Shown: positions 34,066 to 46,800, counted from the stretch's first letter. The stretch is 64,000 nucleotides of DNA from Balamuthia mandrillaris (GCA_031835245.2 JAVKOQ020000024.1:1-64000); one strand, 5' to 3'. The notes: generated from the letters alone by a model not told the origin. Translations and numbers: made by a program.

Positions 34066-34370
34066 GGGGCTGACATGCCGACTCTCTCGCTGAGACAGCC
34101 CTATACAGGTAATGGAGATCCCATACTCAAAAGGCAGGGCGGGAGGAGCAGCGCTTAAATTCCTGGCGTGTGGTTTTGCGGTTGACTTATTCACCCACTT
34201 ATACCTGATGCCTCTGTTTCACCCAAAAACACACAACATGAAACACGATGGTAATTTCTTGTGGGCAAAGCGACTCGCGCAAGTCCGTCACGAGAGGGAA
34301 CCGCAAAGGCGCCTTGGCATCTCTCTCGTCCACTTGTGTGTGGATGTGGACTATCGTACATTTTTTTTTT
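34066..34370 (+). ncRNA. Candidate ~300-nt structured element of unknown family ending in T10
   Basis: Complex, non-microsatellite tract between two convergent genes, with several long stems whose G-U pairs favour the + strand, and a terminal T10 run. Confidence 0.3.
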
Positions 34371-34449
34371 GGGGGGTTCCTCATGCTCCTCTATTATTGC
34401 ATGCAAAGAGAAACGATGTGCGCGTGTGATCGTGTTTTTTTTATTGAAG

Positions 34450-37400
34450 TTAAACACGTTCCCAATGCATGGAGACGGACTCGCTGCTGGTCGCTTTCCT
34501 GTTGGCCAACACCCCGATCTCATGCTTCAGGAAGAGCATCCGCAGCTGCTCCTTGCGCGAGGGATCGAGGAACAAGGGGCGTCCTCGTTTGAGGCCAAAG
34601 TCCTCCTCTCCGTGGGAGTCCAGGTAGGGAGAGAGGTAAAAGGTGCCCTCGATGCGGTGGCGGAGCAACACCACGATTGTATGGTTCAGAAGGAGGAACA
34701 TGCCTTCTCCTGCTCCACATTCTTGCGCGTGCTGTGTGTTTATTTTTGTTTGGTATTTGTGTTAATCTTTGCACATGAAGAAGAGAGAAGAGCAAGAGAG
34801 GCAAAGCGAGGAGGGAAGAAACAACAAAGAAACCAGAAGAAAGAAAGCAGAAAGAAAGAAACCACAAGAAGAGGGGAGGAGGCTTGCATACTTGATTGCA
34901 TTCACCAAGATGATTCTTGGAGCAACAACTGCTGCCAAAGCAGAGGAAGCGACCACAAATGAGGCAGTGAGCAGGTTGATCAGGAGTGATGCCACATTGC
35001 TTGCACTTGTTGGAGTCCGGAAGGTCAACCGTTTTGAAAAAGTGCATGTCTTGATAGAGATAAGGTAACGCGCGACGGCACAAGTCGAAAGGAAGTGTTG
35101 ACGAAGGCGATACTTCACAGAGAACAAATACCTTTTTTTGGTTGATATGTAAATATTAGATAAGATGAACGAAAGTTGGAGAAGAGAAGAGGAGAAGAAC
35201 AATAAAGTAAGGCGTACTTTGAACAGTTGAGTGATGTTCTTTGATTGTTGTTGTATTTGCAAGTGTAAAGCGTCGTCATCTTCATCTCCCAATCGATAAG
35301 TAGGGTGATAGTTGCGTTTTCGTTTCGAGAAAGACAACGCCAGTTCTTTGCACCACCCGGAAACTACGCTCCTTAGAGCGCAATTCGGAGCAAGATGACG
35401 AACAAGCGAAGATACGGATGCGTCTAGTCCTAATATCGAACACAATGCTTTAAACTCGTTTTCTTTTAGCTCATCTTCACTTGTGTTGTTGCTTAAAGGA
35501 GATGATGACGAAGAAACAGGAAGTGAAGAAGACGGCAGAGAACATTTGAAGCAGACGTGGAAGAAAAGAACGACTCGTCGAAGAAAAGGAAGAACATGAT
35601 CAATGACTCCCATCTTCAACCGCCGCCAATTAATACTGGAAGAAGCAGCAAAGAGAGTTTGAATGGATACGCTGGCTGGTAAATAAGGTGTCAGGGAATC
35701 GCCCAAAATCTGACAAACAGCAGCCAATTGCTTGTCTTCTTCTTCGTCAGCGTCTTCTTCCTTTTCTTTGTCTTTTTGTTTCGTGGGAGAAGAAGGTGTC
35801 ACGATCATTTGCGTTAAGAAAGACTTGATCAAGCAATGCAAGAAGAGTAACGGTAGGCGGCGTCGTAAAAACTTGACGTCTGTATCTTCTTTCAATGGTG
35901 ACTGACGCCGTTGACGCTCTTCCATTGTTCGCCCTAATCGAAGGAAGATTAACTTACTCCAAAGAGAAAAGGAATCTCGCTCCAAGAATGGCATATCTTC
36001 TTTTGTTGCATCTTCTTGTTCAGTTCGTTCAATAACTTGATTCAGTTCCTTTAGAGCTCGATCATATTCAGTTGCTTCTCCGTTTACGTCTCCTTCATCG
36101 CCGTTTTGAGGGCTGTAGATAGAAGCATAAGCGATAGCAGCTTCTGTGATGGCAACAATATGAGCTTGATTGTTGCTATGTGACACTATTTCGGCAATCT
36201 TGTCAGCGATAGAAGAAGGCGAAGAAGATGAAGCAGATGAAGTGTTGAGACGCGAAGGGGAAGGGGAAGAGGATGAGGAGGATGGAGAGTTGGAAGCAGA
36301 GTCTCCATTTGGATCTTTGGGTTTGCCTCTTCCTGTTACTTCCATATTGGCGATCATGCTGGCAACCTGTTTTAAGGGGTAAGATGAGCAGAAAAAATAA
36401 AGAGCGAAAGGCCAATAGGCAGCAGGGAGCAAGTATTTACCAAAGACCAAAGGAATGTGGAGAGAGCTCGGTGATGCACATCCACTTTATCAAGGGTAAC
36501 ATTGTGATAGGCAGCGTAAACCCTTCTTGCAAAATCCTGAAGAGACATGCAGAACTCGTCGTTTGTCGGTTGTTCCGTTGTATTTGCTTCATGTTCATTT
36601 TCAGTTGTCAACTTCATGTTTCTTCCTTTACTTGCTTCTTCGCTTTTGAACAAATGCGCCCACCCCCTTTCATCTTCTTCCTCCTCATCTTCCTCTTCGT
36701 TTCGAAAAGCAGAAGAAGAATCACGCAAGAATCCAGAGCAAAGTGAAGCTGACACTTCCGAAAGCGAAAGCATAAAAGAAGATGGGGATGAAGAAGAAGA
36801 AATTGGTATCAACGTATTTGCGATTGTTCTGCACAGAGGGCACTTGAACTCTCCTCTGGAAATGCTCAACGGAGACATTTGTGGGTGCAAAAACGCGTTC
36901 GCTTCCCACAGTTGCTGCATCAACGAGAGGCAATACTTGTGGCGACAATTGGCATGCATGTAGTGGCCGCAGCTGCTCGAAAAGCATCCTTGTGTCCTTT
37001 CTACGTTTCTATGTATTTCGCTTCGCCAAATGTCTTGCGTTGTAGTTGGTGAAGATGGTGTAGTTGATGTTGTATCACTGCTGCTGCTGCCTTCTTCCCC
37101 TTCCTCTTTTTCTTTTTCGTGTTTGCTTTCAGCGCTCACTCGGCCGCCACTCTCTTCTCCTCCAGGTTCGGTCATCCCTTGTTCCAGTTCCTCTTGTTGC
37201 CCCTCTGTTTCTTCCTGTTCTTCTGTTGGTTGTGTTTCAAGTATCATCTCGTCGCCAGAAGCTTTCACTTTTTCCTCCATTTCGAGCACTAACTCCTTTT
37301 CCATTTGTTTCTCCACATCTTCCAACTTATCTTTTCCTTTTTCTTCTGTTTCTTCTCCCTTCTTCTCATCTTCTTTAACTTCTTCTTTTTCTTCTTTTTT

Positions 37401-40031
37401 CAGTGATTCGTTCTCGAGAAGCGATTCCAGCAATGCTCGTTCTTGTTTCTTCTTCACAATTGGCAAAACGTTGGAAGGCCGCACGAAAGCAAGAAGCCCC
37501 AATGGATCATCCTCGCGATGACCTTCTTTACAAAATACACACATCGGTTCTTCTTCCTCTTCATGTAACACGTTCTTGTCTTTTGCTGTTGTTGTCGCTT
37601 CAGTTTGGTTTGTGGTTTCTTCTGGCGTCTGTGTTTCTGTTGCAGTCTTACTGCGTTTAATGGCTGGCTCTTCGACCTCCATCTGCTTAAACGCATCTCC
37701 CGAAGCCTTCAGGAACGCTTGTTGCTGCGAGTTTAAATATTAGTAATGTTTCATTACACAAGGGAACGCAGACAGACGACAAAGGTATAAAAAAACAGAA
37801 GAACACAAAAGAAGATAAGTTTACCTTAGCAGCAAACTGAGCGAGAACGGCAGCTTGTCGCGCTTTCAACATTCGTTTCCGTTTCGTCTCTTCATCTTCC
37901 TGTTGTTCACTATCTTTGCCTGCACTGCTGCCAGCATCACCTCCCGATCTAACAACTTGCTTTCCTTTCTCGCTGCTCTCTTCGCCTTTTCTTCCCGTTT
38001 TAAAGCCTGGTTCCGTTGCGTTGCCAAGCGTTTTGCTGTGTTCTTCGATTATGTCAGTTACTGACTTTCTTCGTTGTTTGAAAGGATAAGAGAGCGCGTC
38101 GAGTTTCTTCATCATCTTCAGAATTTCCACCAACACGGTTTGTTGTTCAGCCAAAGTGGGAGAATGGAGATCGCAAAGTTGAATGAGGAACATAAGAATA
38201 CTGCCTTTTGTTGTTCTTGTACTTTCTCCTCCTTCTTTTGTCTTCGTTGAGGAACGAAGCACAGTAAATTCTTGACCGAGATTTGCCAACAAGTCGTCGT
38301 AGGATGAAAACTCCATATCGTAAATGTTCTTTACGATGGTTTCTGCCTTGTCAGTATCTTCCATTTCTGCTGTTACTTCTTTTTCTTTTTCCGTTTCATT
38401 CCGTGTTTCAGCCGCACGCTGTATTTCCAATTCAAAGAATTGCAAAGAGAGAAGCAAAAGGTTGAGAAAACTGTTAAGAATCGGTTCAGAAAGCTTGAAA
38501 CGTTCTTCCTCGTCTTGTTGGTGTTTCTCCATCTCTTCTGTTTCCTCCTCTTCTTCTTCTGCCTTTTGACCATCGTTGATAACTTGTCGATCGTGTAATG
38601 CTTTCATGAAAACTGTGAACATGAGGCGCAACACGACGTGCGAATGAACAACTTCGCGTACTCCGACGAATAGTGGCAGTGGAACCGGTCGCAGCGATAC
38701 ACGGGGCATGTCTATTACTGATGTCTTTCCTTTTACTGAGTTCATCTTTTTTTTGTGTTATTATGGTTGGTTTTAAAAATCATGAATAAGCTATTGAAGA
38801 AGAACGAGAGGGACGGAGAGAGCACAGAAGCAGAGAAGAAAGAACAAAATAAAGAAGAAAGAAAGAAGAAGAAAAACAAACCTTTTTCATGTGATGTTTG
38901 TAATTTTCAGTAGCTTTTTCTAACTCACGAGTGGAAAAATGCGGGAAGTACGGATTGAACAGCCTCCAATACTCCTGTCTCAAGCTGTAAGTTCCTTGTC
39001 TCATGCCCTCCGCGTTACTAAACTCGGCCACTTCCTCCAAAATCTCAGAGATGAGAGACAGCTTATGATAAGTGGTCACCGTTTTGACCAGGTGCGGAGA
39101 CAGTCCTTTCATCAATTGGCTATGGGTCATAGGGCTGATACAAAGGTACTGCACGATTTCGTGTTTGATAAGATCTTTAACGTGCCGTCTGCTCTCTTCC
39201 TTTCTTCGCTTCTTCCTCTCTTCCAGAGAATAAGAGGCAAAAGGAAAGCCTCCTTCAGAAGAAGAAAGTTGTGCATTTTCGTTTTGGCCTAATGGAAGGC
39301 CTACGACCGTTCGTTCGTTGATGAGGTTAATCAAAAGACGAGCAAAGTATTCAGCTAGAACCGTCTTTTGGTGAAGAGTGCATTCTTCCATTGCCGCGAG
39401 TTCGTGAATGTGTTCTTCGAACGCGTCTCCTACCTCTTCCAACGAAGCATCATTATCCATCAATGCCATCAACTTTTCTTGAATGCCCGTCAAAATACCA
39501 ACACGTCCATTGCCACTGTGATCTTCCTCTTCTTCACCTTGTTTCTCTTTCGCTTCTTCACCGAATTGCATCTCTCTCTTTCTTCTTTTTCTTCGTTTCA
39601 ACTCGGCGATAGATTTGGGCTCAGTACCCCACCAGTTGAAGAACTCAGTTAATCCAAAACGGTCCAATAGAGTGGCCACGAAAGCGTCTTTCGTGTTTGT
39701 TTTGTGTTTGTTATCCTCCCGTTCTTGTAATTCTTCTGGAAAGATAATCTTGTTTATGTCCTCTCTCTTTGTAGCGCAGTTGTGAAGAAGAGCAGCGCTG
39801 CATTGCATCATGGCGAGGTCGAGCTCGGAGAGATGATTAGCGCCGATGGTGTGAAGGTAGAGAAAGGCTTGTTGGTGCATTTGTTCGCCATTGCGAACCC
39901 AAAGGCCTGCTGAGATTTGTGCAGCGAGTACCTGTATTAAAAAAAAACGAAATAAAACGATTAAAATAATGGAAAAAGCAAGTGAGAGACTGGGAGTGAG
40001 AGAGTGAGAGCGAAAGAGACAGGGACAGGGC

Positions 40032-40089
<58 letters not shown>

Positions 40090-40972
40090 AGGTTAGGTAC
40101 CTGTACACGCAAAGGATGTTCCAATAACAGCAACGCCATGTCCTCTTGGGACAACAGCCATTCCTTGTGTCGCAAATTGGCGAGGGCGTCAGGAATGGGG
40201 CCCTCATCACTGGGCACCACATGTGCCATCATCTTAGGAAAGAGGTCTATCATGGAAAGACCAAACTGATTGCTAGCATCAGCGAACAAACGTGCCAAAA
40301 GACGATTAAGCGGCAAATGAAAGGTGACCGGCTCTCGCATGACATCAAAGTTGATGATGACCTGTCTGCCATCAAACTTGTTCCTCTTTCGAAACGCGAA
40401 TTGAAAAGAAGATGAGGATTTTGCCAGCTGTTTTTGGGCCAGTCTTTCTTCTTTTAGTCGGTTATGTTTCACGCGTTTAAACTCTTCGTGGATGAACGTC
40501 AGCAACGAGAAGATCGCTTCTTGGATGGCATTTTTCAGAACAGGGACTTTCCACTGTTCGTCGTCCATAGATGAAGCCCGACCTTTGTTGCTAAGGAAGG
40601 CGCGAATGAGGCGATTGTCTTCGCGATTATCCGGAGAGAGTTCCACCGAAAGATAAAGCTCTAACATGGCCTCACTGAGGAAAGAAACGATTGGTTGCAA
40701 CAATTCCAATTCTAGAGAGAAAGCATCTCGCCAGGTTTCGTTCTCGTACTCTATGTGGCCCAAAGAGGAGGGTCTTCTCTGGTAGTAGTTCATACCCTGC
40801 AATAAGTACCATAACTCCAAGAAGAGCGAATAGTTATTTTCTTCTTCACTATTGGACGAAGAGCTATCGCAGGCGTACTGTTTGTTGCACAAAGAAAGCA
40901 ACAAATACAGCAGAATATGAGAGGAAGAACAAGAAGATGAAGAATGTTAACAAGAAGCAGAACAAGAACAAG

Positions 40973-41049
<77 letters not shown>

Positions 41050-43628
41050 GGAGTTATACCTGTTCATCCAATCCAGAAGAAAATAAAAGATGTTGTGTAA
41101 CACTAGGAACGGAGCAAGTAGCTCTAAGATCGTGACAAAGATACCAATACTTCCGTTTGCGTAGGATAATACTGCTGTCATTCATCACGCGTTCCATATA
41201 CTCATCCAAATCGGGCTCGCTATCTCCATCTTCCTCGGATTCTTTCTATTGAGCAAGAGAAAGTTAGAGAAAACAACAAGAACGAGACTATCGCAAAAGT
41301 AATAAAGTAAGAAAATAAATTTTAAGCCTACAAACCGGTTTCATTACAAAAACACTCCGCAAAGTAGAGGTCAGCTTCGACAACAGACTTGTCAGCAGAG
41401 AGGGCTCTTGCACCAAAAGAGGGATTAGTTGAGGGTGAAGAAACTGGGTGGACATCGTCAGCGGCGTTTGATACTGCGCTATTTCTTCTCGTTGTCTTTC
41501 CAGTTCTGCCACCTCAAACCCTCTTTCCTCGATCTCTTCTTTGGAGATGCCATCGTCAGGCTGTTGCTGCTCGCTGCGTTCATGTTGGGCTCTCAATTCT
41601 TCATGAAGAAGTTCAGTGAGCTGTTTTTTCTCGTACTCGTTATCGATAACTACATCGATGAAATTGCAGTAAACTTTGACAAAGGCACGAGCGAATCTCC
41701 GTTTGAACAATGTGTCTCCTGCGAAATATTTTTTGATTGACATTGTTAAATATCAAGCCTTTTTAAAACAAATAGTCGCGGCCTGCCTTATAAAAACACA
41801 TGGAGAAAAAAAAGCATACCTATTAACATGAAGTAAAACTTCCGTAATTCCTCAATGATGACAGAAGGAAAAATGTGATCCACGAGCAACAACCACAAGA
41901 TCACCGAGTTATCATCGACGTCTTCCAACTCTTCTGGGGTTTCCAGTTCTTTCTCTTTTTCTTCTTCTTCTTCTTCTTTCTCTTTCTCTGCTACCATCAT
42001 CTTCTCTGTTGCCTTTATCTTTTTTGTACAGGAGGCAGTATAAGCAGCAGAGGCAGCGGCGGCAGCCGCTGACTTGAGCTCAGCAAGTGCTTGCTCGGTC
42101 CCCGGTCTCTCCAACCGCATTCCATAGCCCGAAGGCAAGCATTGGTTCATCACATCGCATAGGATTCTGCGCATACCATCTCCAAACCACTCCACTATCT
42201 TCATGAGCCACTGTAACATGAAAAGCGCTTCATTTCGCAGGGCGTCTCGTTCTTTGGTAAGTTGTTTTCTTTGGCGCTCTCGCTCTGAGGCGGGCATTCT
42301 CTCAGCATCGTTTTCTGTTCCTCTCCTTCCCTGCAAGGTGGAAAGAAATGAAATGGAGTTAAAAACGAGAAAGCACACCAATAGAAGAGAGATGATAACA
42401 GGAGAGGAGAGAGCGAGGAGAGAGGGGGGAGAGAGAGAGAGAGAAGTGAACAATATGAAAGAAGACTGGAATAAATAACAAAAGAGGGAGAAAAAGGACA
42501 AGAGTTAAATATAAGGGATTAAAATGAACATTACTTGTGCATGATAAACAGCGTTCATTTTAGAAGTATCGTTCACATATCCAAGACGCAACAAACGGTA
42601 CACAAGTTCCTGCACGAAGCGAGTAAGTGCTATCTTAGATACCTCGCGCATCTTTGGAGGAAGCATGGCTGTAGGATCGTCATCCTCGGTTGCTCCTTTA
42701 TGAAAACGGCAATTGCCCTCTGGTCTCCAAGCCAAAGGATCGCCACAATCGCAACAACCTCCACCAACTCGTATCATGTGATCTATTGTTTGCGCACAGA
42801 GAAGTGAGAAATTTTTTGTATAAAGAGACGAGAATCAGAGAGGAGAAAAAGAAGAAAAAGAGAGGGAAAAGGTGCATACAATCATGGTTGGTGTGATCGC
42901 CAGCTTGAAAACATTCCACACAAATTGCACTGTTATTTTTTTAAAAAAAGCATGCATTAGCAACACACGCGCAGAAGAGTGATGAAATAACGGATAGGCG
43001 TAAAGCAAACCATGGTTCATCGTAGCCACAGTCTTCACACTTGTAGGCAATGTCCCCATTCTTCCAAATCTTGCCGCACACGTTCGACTTGCCAGCCGTC
43101 TTGCGTTGAATCTCATCCTTCACTTCTGCTGGAGTTCCACACCCTGTTTATTTTAAAACGAACAACAAAACATGATGAGCAACATAAAACGTAAGAGGAA
43201 GGAAAGTGAAGAGAAGAGAGAAGAGAGAAGTGTTTACCAGCGCACAGGATCCAAATGCAAGTGCTGACGGTCTGCTGTATCGTCTTCGTGGCGAACAGCC
43301 ACGTCATAAAGGCGGGAATCTCCTGAGCATCACTGCTCAGGAGGCGCGCCACCTCCTCCAGCCCACGCGCATGCAGCCGCTCCGCAGCGGCGCACACCGC
43401 CTCCCAACCCTGAGGCTGAGAAGAAGAGGGAGCAGCAGCAGCGTAGCCCTGCCCCTCCCACGCCTGCCAAAAGTAGGGCGGGCGGAAGAGGCCGCTCGGG
43501 TCGGGGGCGCAGAGGTGCTCCTCGGGCGACCACGTCTCTTCCAAGGGGAGCCACCGCACGTCCGCCAGGTTGGTGCTCACCCTAGGGGGTGGTGTCGTTG
43601 GTGTGGAAGAGGCAGCAGAGGAGCTCAT
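34450..43628 (-). CDS. UBR-box N-recognin E3 ubiquitin ligase (UBR1/UBR3/PRT6 family), multi-exon
   Basis: UBR box: CGKIWKNGDIAYKCEDCGYDEP|CAICVECFQAGDHTNHD...GGGCCDCGDPLAWRPEGNCRFH. Also LQGMN, HIEYE, TFHLPLNR, GLWVRNG, winged-helix MTHSQL, split RING (CVFC...SSCGHYMHANC...FKCPLCRTIAN) and C-terminal SPYLDSHGEEDFGLKRGRPLFL. Confidence 0.95.
40973..41048. repeat. Intronic (AAC)n microsatellite
   Basis: About 25 perfect AAC units inside a UBR gene intron. Confidence 0.95.
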
Positions 43629-43979
43629 CGTGTTCGCTCTCTCTTCTGCTACTTTTTTTGGTGGTTTGAGGGCAAAAAAATGTTATGACAAAATATTTTG
43701 GTCCGCAAAAAAAATAAATTCTGAAAAATCACGAATTTTTGTAAATTTTCAAGACAGAACACGCCAATTTTCGATTCGTTGGCCAAAACCAAAAAAAATG
43801 GCGAAAATGGCACAAATTGGTAAGGCCGACTTTGTGTCGACACCTTTGCAGACAAACAAAAAGAAAAGAAAAGAGAGAATTTTTTTTTAAGGTGTGGTGG
43901 TAAAGCTTTACCGGCCGCACTACTCTGTTTGTTCCTTCTCTGGCTGCTGTGATCTTCCTCCTTTTGGTTCAAGCCAACC

Positions 43980-44425
43980 ATGGTTCGTTTTTCTTTTTTT
44001 TTTGTTCTGCTTCTTCTTTTTGTGTGTGTCTTTGTCCCGCTGTGTGAGTGTCTCTTGGAAAAAATGTGCTGTGCGTTACTTTTGTTGTGTTCGTTCACTT
44101 CCATCGAATCGCGCTCTCCTTCCTTTGTTGTTGTTGTTGCTGCTGCTGTACTGCTTCTTCTGCTGCTCTGTAACGAGTGTGTGTTGTGCAGTCTGAGAAA
44201 AAGCAACCCAAAAAAATTACTGCCAAGGAAGTGGTGACCAACAGCGTCTCTGGAGGGGTCTCTGGAGCGCTGGAGATCATGTTCACCTTCCCCTTTGAGT
44301 TCGCCAAGACTCAGATCCAGCTCAACCCACACAAGTACAAAACGACTTGGGGTTGTTGGAAGTCGACCACCCAGCAATATGGCTTTACAGGTTTGTTTTT
44401 GCTTCTCTTCTTTATTTCTTGTTTT

Positions 44426-44468
<43 letters not shown>

Positions 44469-45540
44469 CCTCCTTAAGCGCAGAATAAGAGAGAGGAAGA
44501 GAGACAACAGAGAAAGGCGCACTTGGGAAGAAGAGCAAAAATGGGAGAGAGCTAGAAAGATAACGCTAAGAGAGAACCAGAGAACACACAGGAGAATTTT
44601 ATCTAATCTGACTTTGTTGTACTATGCAGCTTTGTATAGAGGCATGCCTCCTCTGATCGTGTTTGGTATTCCTAGGAATGCTGCCCGTTTTACCGCCGCA
44701 GAGTATACCAAGAGCATAATGGACATTTATGCTCCAGACATGGGACTCGTCCCTCAAAACATTATCGGAGGTTTCGTTGGTGGTTTCTCTGAAGCAGTTT
44801 TGGTTACCACTTACCAAGAGACCATGAAGGTTTGCCTCTCTGTTCCTATTTTCTTTCTTTCCCTTCTATTCGCTTTTTCTATCGTCACTCTCCCCTTTGC
44901 TCTTCTCTATTGCTCCTTTGACTCGTACTCTCGTACTCTTTTCTGGTTACGCTTAGTCTATTTTTTCTTTTGTCTTTCTTCACTTCTTGCCTATTTATCT
45001 CTTCATATTTAACGTCTGAAACTCTCAAAAAAAAAGGTCCGATTGATTCACGACCGCCTCTCCGAAAAGCCCCGTTTCAGGAATACCTTCCACGGCATCA
45101 CCACCATCTTGCGCGAGCAAGGTTTCTCTGGGGTCTACAAAGGGCTCACCGCCACCATCATCAAGCAAGGCAGCAACCAGGCTATCCGCTTCCCCGTGTA
45201 CTACTACCTCAAGAATCAGATCCTGGGCGACCCTAAGGCTGACTTTAGCAAGAACGGAGTGGTCTGGGGCAACATCCAGGGCCTCTTTGTGGGTGCCGTG
45301 GCCGGAGCAGCCTCCGTGGTTGGCAACACCCCCATCGACGTCATCAAGACCAAGATGCAGGGCTTCGAGTCGCAGAGGTACGGCGGCATGGGCAACACCA
45401 TCCGCCTCATTTGGAAGGAGGAGGGCTTCATGGGCTTCTACAAGGGCATGGGGGCGAGGCTGGGGCGTGTGTCGGCGGACGTGGCGCTGACGTTCTTGTT
45501 CATGGAGCAGGTGAAGGTCATGTTGAAGAAGTTGTGGTGA
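43980..45540 (+). CDS. Mitochondrial carrier, tricarboxylate/citrate transporter-like (SLC25A1/CTP1 group)
   Basis: Three carrier repeats: TFPFEFAKTQIQL, TTYQETMK|VRLIHD, NTPIDVIKTKMQ. Also KQGSNQAIRF and FYKGMGARLGRV, which are typical of citrate carriers. The start is probably ATG 43980 followed directly by intron 43983-44191. Confidence 0.9.
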
Positions 45541-45943
45541 TGAAGGAAAAATCTTTTCTCGAGTTTCATTATCTTATCCTTCTCTCTCTTCCTTCACTTC
45601 TCAGCATGTCTACAAAAATGAAAATATATCGATAATCGTTCCTATTTGTCGTTACAAATTCTGGAACATTACCAAAACAGTTGAATAGAACGAATGTGGA
45701 TTGGTTGCCGTTTTGTGTTCCTCCCGATCTTGATCGTCACCCGCTTTTGGGCCAAGTTTCTCTTTTTATTTGGAAAAAAAAAAAATCAAAAAGCACAAGG
45801 GGAAGTGAACAAGTAAGCGAAAAGGTTTGCTCTTCTTTCATAGAAAAAGGTAAAACCATGTTTTTTTTCACGTGCGATAGCCTAACCACACACACCACTT
45901 TTTGTACGTTGAAAGCAAACAAAAGCAAAAAAAAAAAAAAACC

Positions 45944-46355
45944 ATGGGAGGAAAACCATCGCATATTCTGGGCACCACTTTTATTCAGGGCGGCAGCGAT
46001 GTCCTGCGAGATGGGGAGTGGTTCCGTTCGAACGGCGTGACGGACGTGGTTTCCATTTGCGACGTCTACCCGGACCGAAGCATCATTTCGGAGGAACGGA
46101 ATATTTGGATAGACTTGTATGACGTGGAAAGCACCAACTTGCTCGACCACTTTGAGCGGACCACTCGCTTTATTCACAAAGCAAGAGCGAGCGGAGGTTG
46201 TGTTTATGTACGCTCCTTTCCTCTTTGGTTTTGTTTTTGGGACCACGTTTTTTTTTGTTTCTTATAATAACCTGGTTGCCATTACACTTCCCGTCCATAG
46301 GTACACTGCGCTGCTGGTTTGTTTTTCTCTCTGCTCTTCTTCGTTTGTCCCGTTT

Positions 46356-46387
<32 letters not shown>

Positions 46388-46800
46388 GCTTCCCGATTTT
46401 TTGTTTCTAGTTTCTCGTCTTCTTTTTTTCAGCTCTATTCTCCTCTCACCTGTGTTTGAACCAAACAAAAGGAATCTCTCGATCGTCGACGATTTCGAGC
46501 GCCTATTTAATGTGTTGGCTGGAGTTGACGATGGAAGAGGCACTCCAAGTGCTGAAGCTCTCTCGCCCGGCTGTTTCGCCCAACAGAGGGTTTCGTGAGC
46601 AGTTGAAGCGGTTCGAGACAAGCGAGCTGAGAAACCTCCTCGTGGAGGAGTTCAGGAAAGAGCGAGAGGCCAACGGCGAACTGCAAAAGCTTTATGAGGC
46701 GGACCAGGCTGACATCGCGCAAAAGAGGGAAGCCGGTGCCCAACAACAAGAAAAGTCAGGGGGGGCCTCTGGGTCTTCCAACAGTTATTTTGTTTACTAG
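45944..46800 (+). CDS. Atypical dual-specificity phosphatase (DUSP15/22-like) with putative N-myristoylation; 3 exons
   Basis: MGGKPSHIL N-terminus; general-acid DVESTNLLDHF; catalytic VY|VHCAA|GISRS reconstructed across a 16-nt exon (46301-46316); AYLM; PNRGFREQL. Confidence 0.92.

Noticed and set aside
31422..34076. Long antisense ORFs over PhyH and TXNDC9 (and similarly over other genes)
   Set aside because: Shadow frames caused by high GC3 and microsatellites; no protein-like motifs.
34130..34156. CAGGGCGGGAGGAGCAG resembles SRP RNA helix 8
   Set aside because: The stem around the tetraloop does not pair, the position in the tract is wrong, and no Alu domain is visible.
34204..34255. 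CTGATG...GAAAC as a hammerhead ribozyme core
   Set aside because: Reads CTGATGC rather than CTGATGA, and the required stems are missing.
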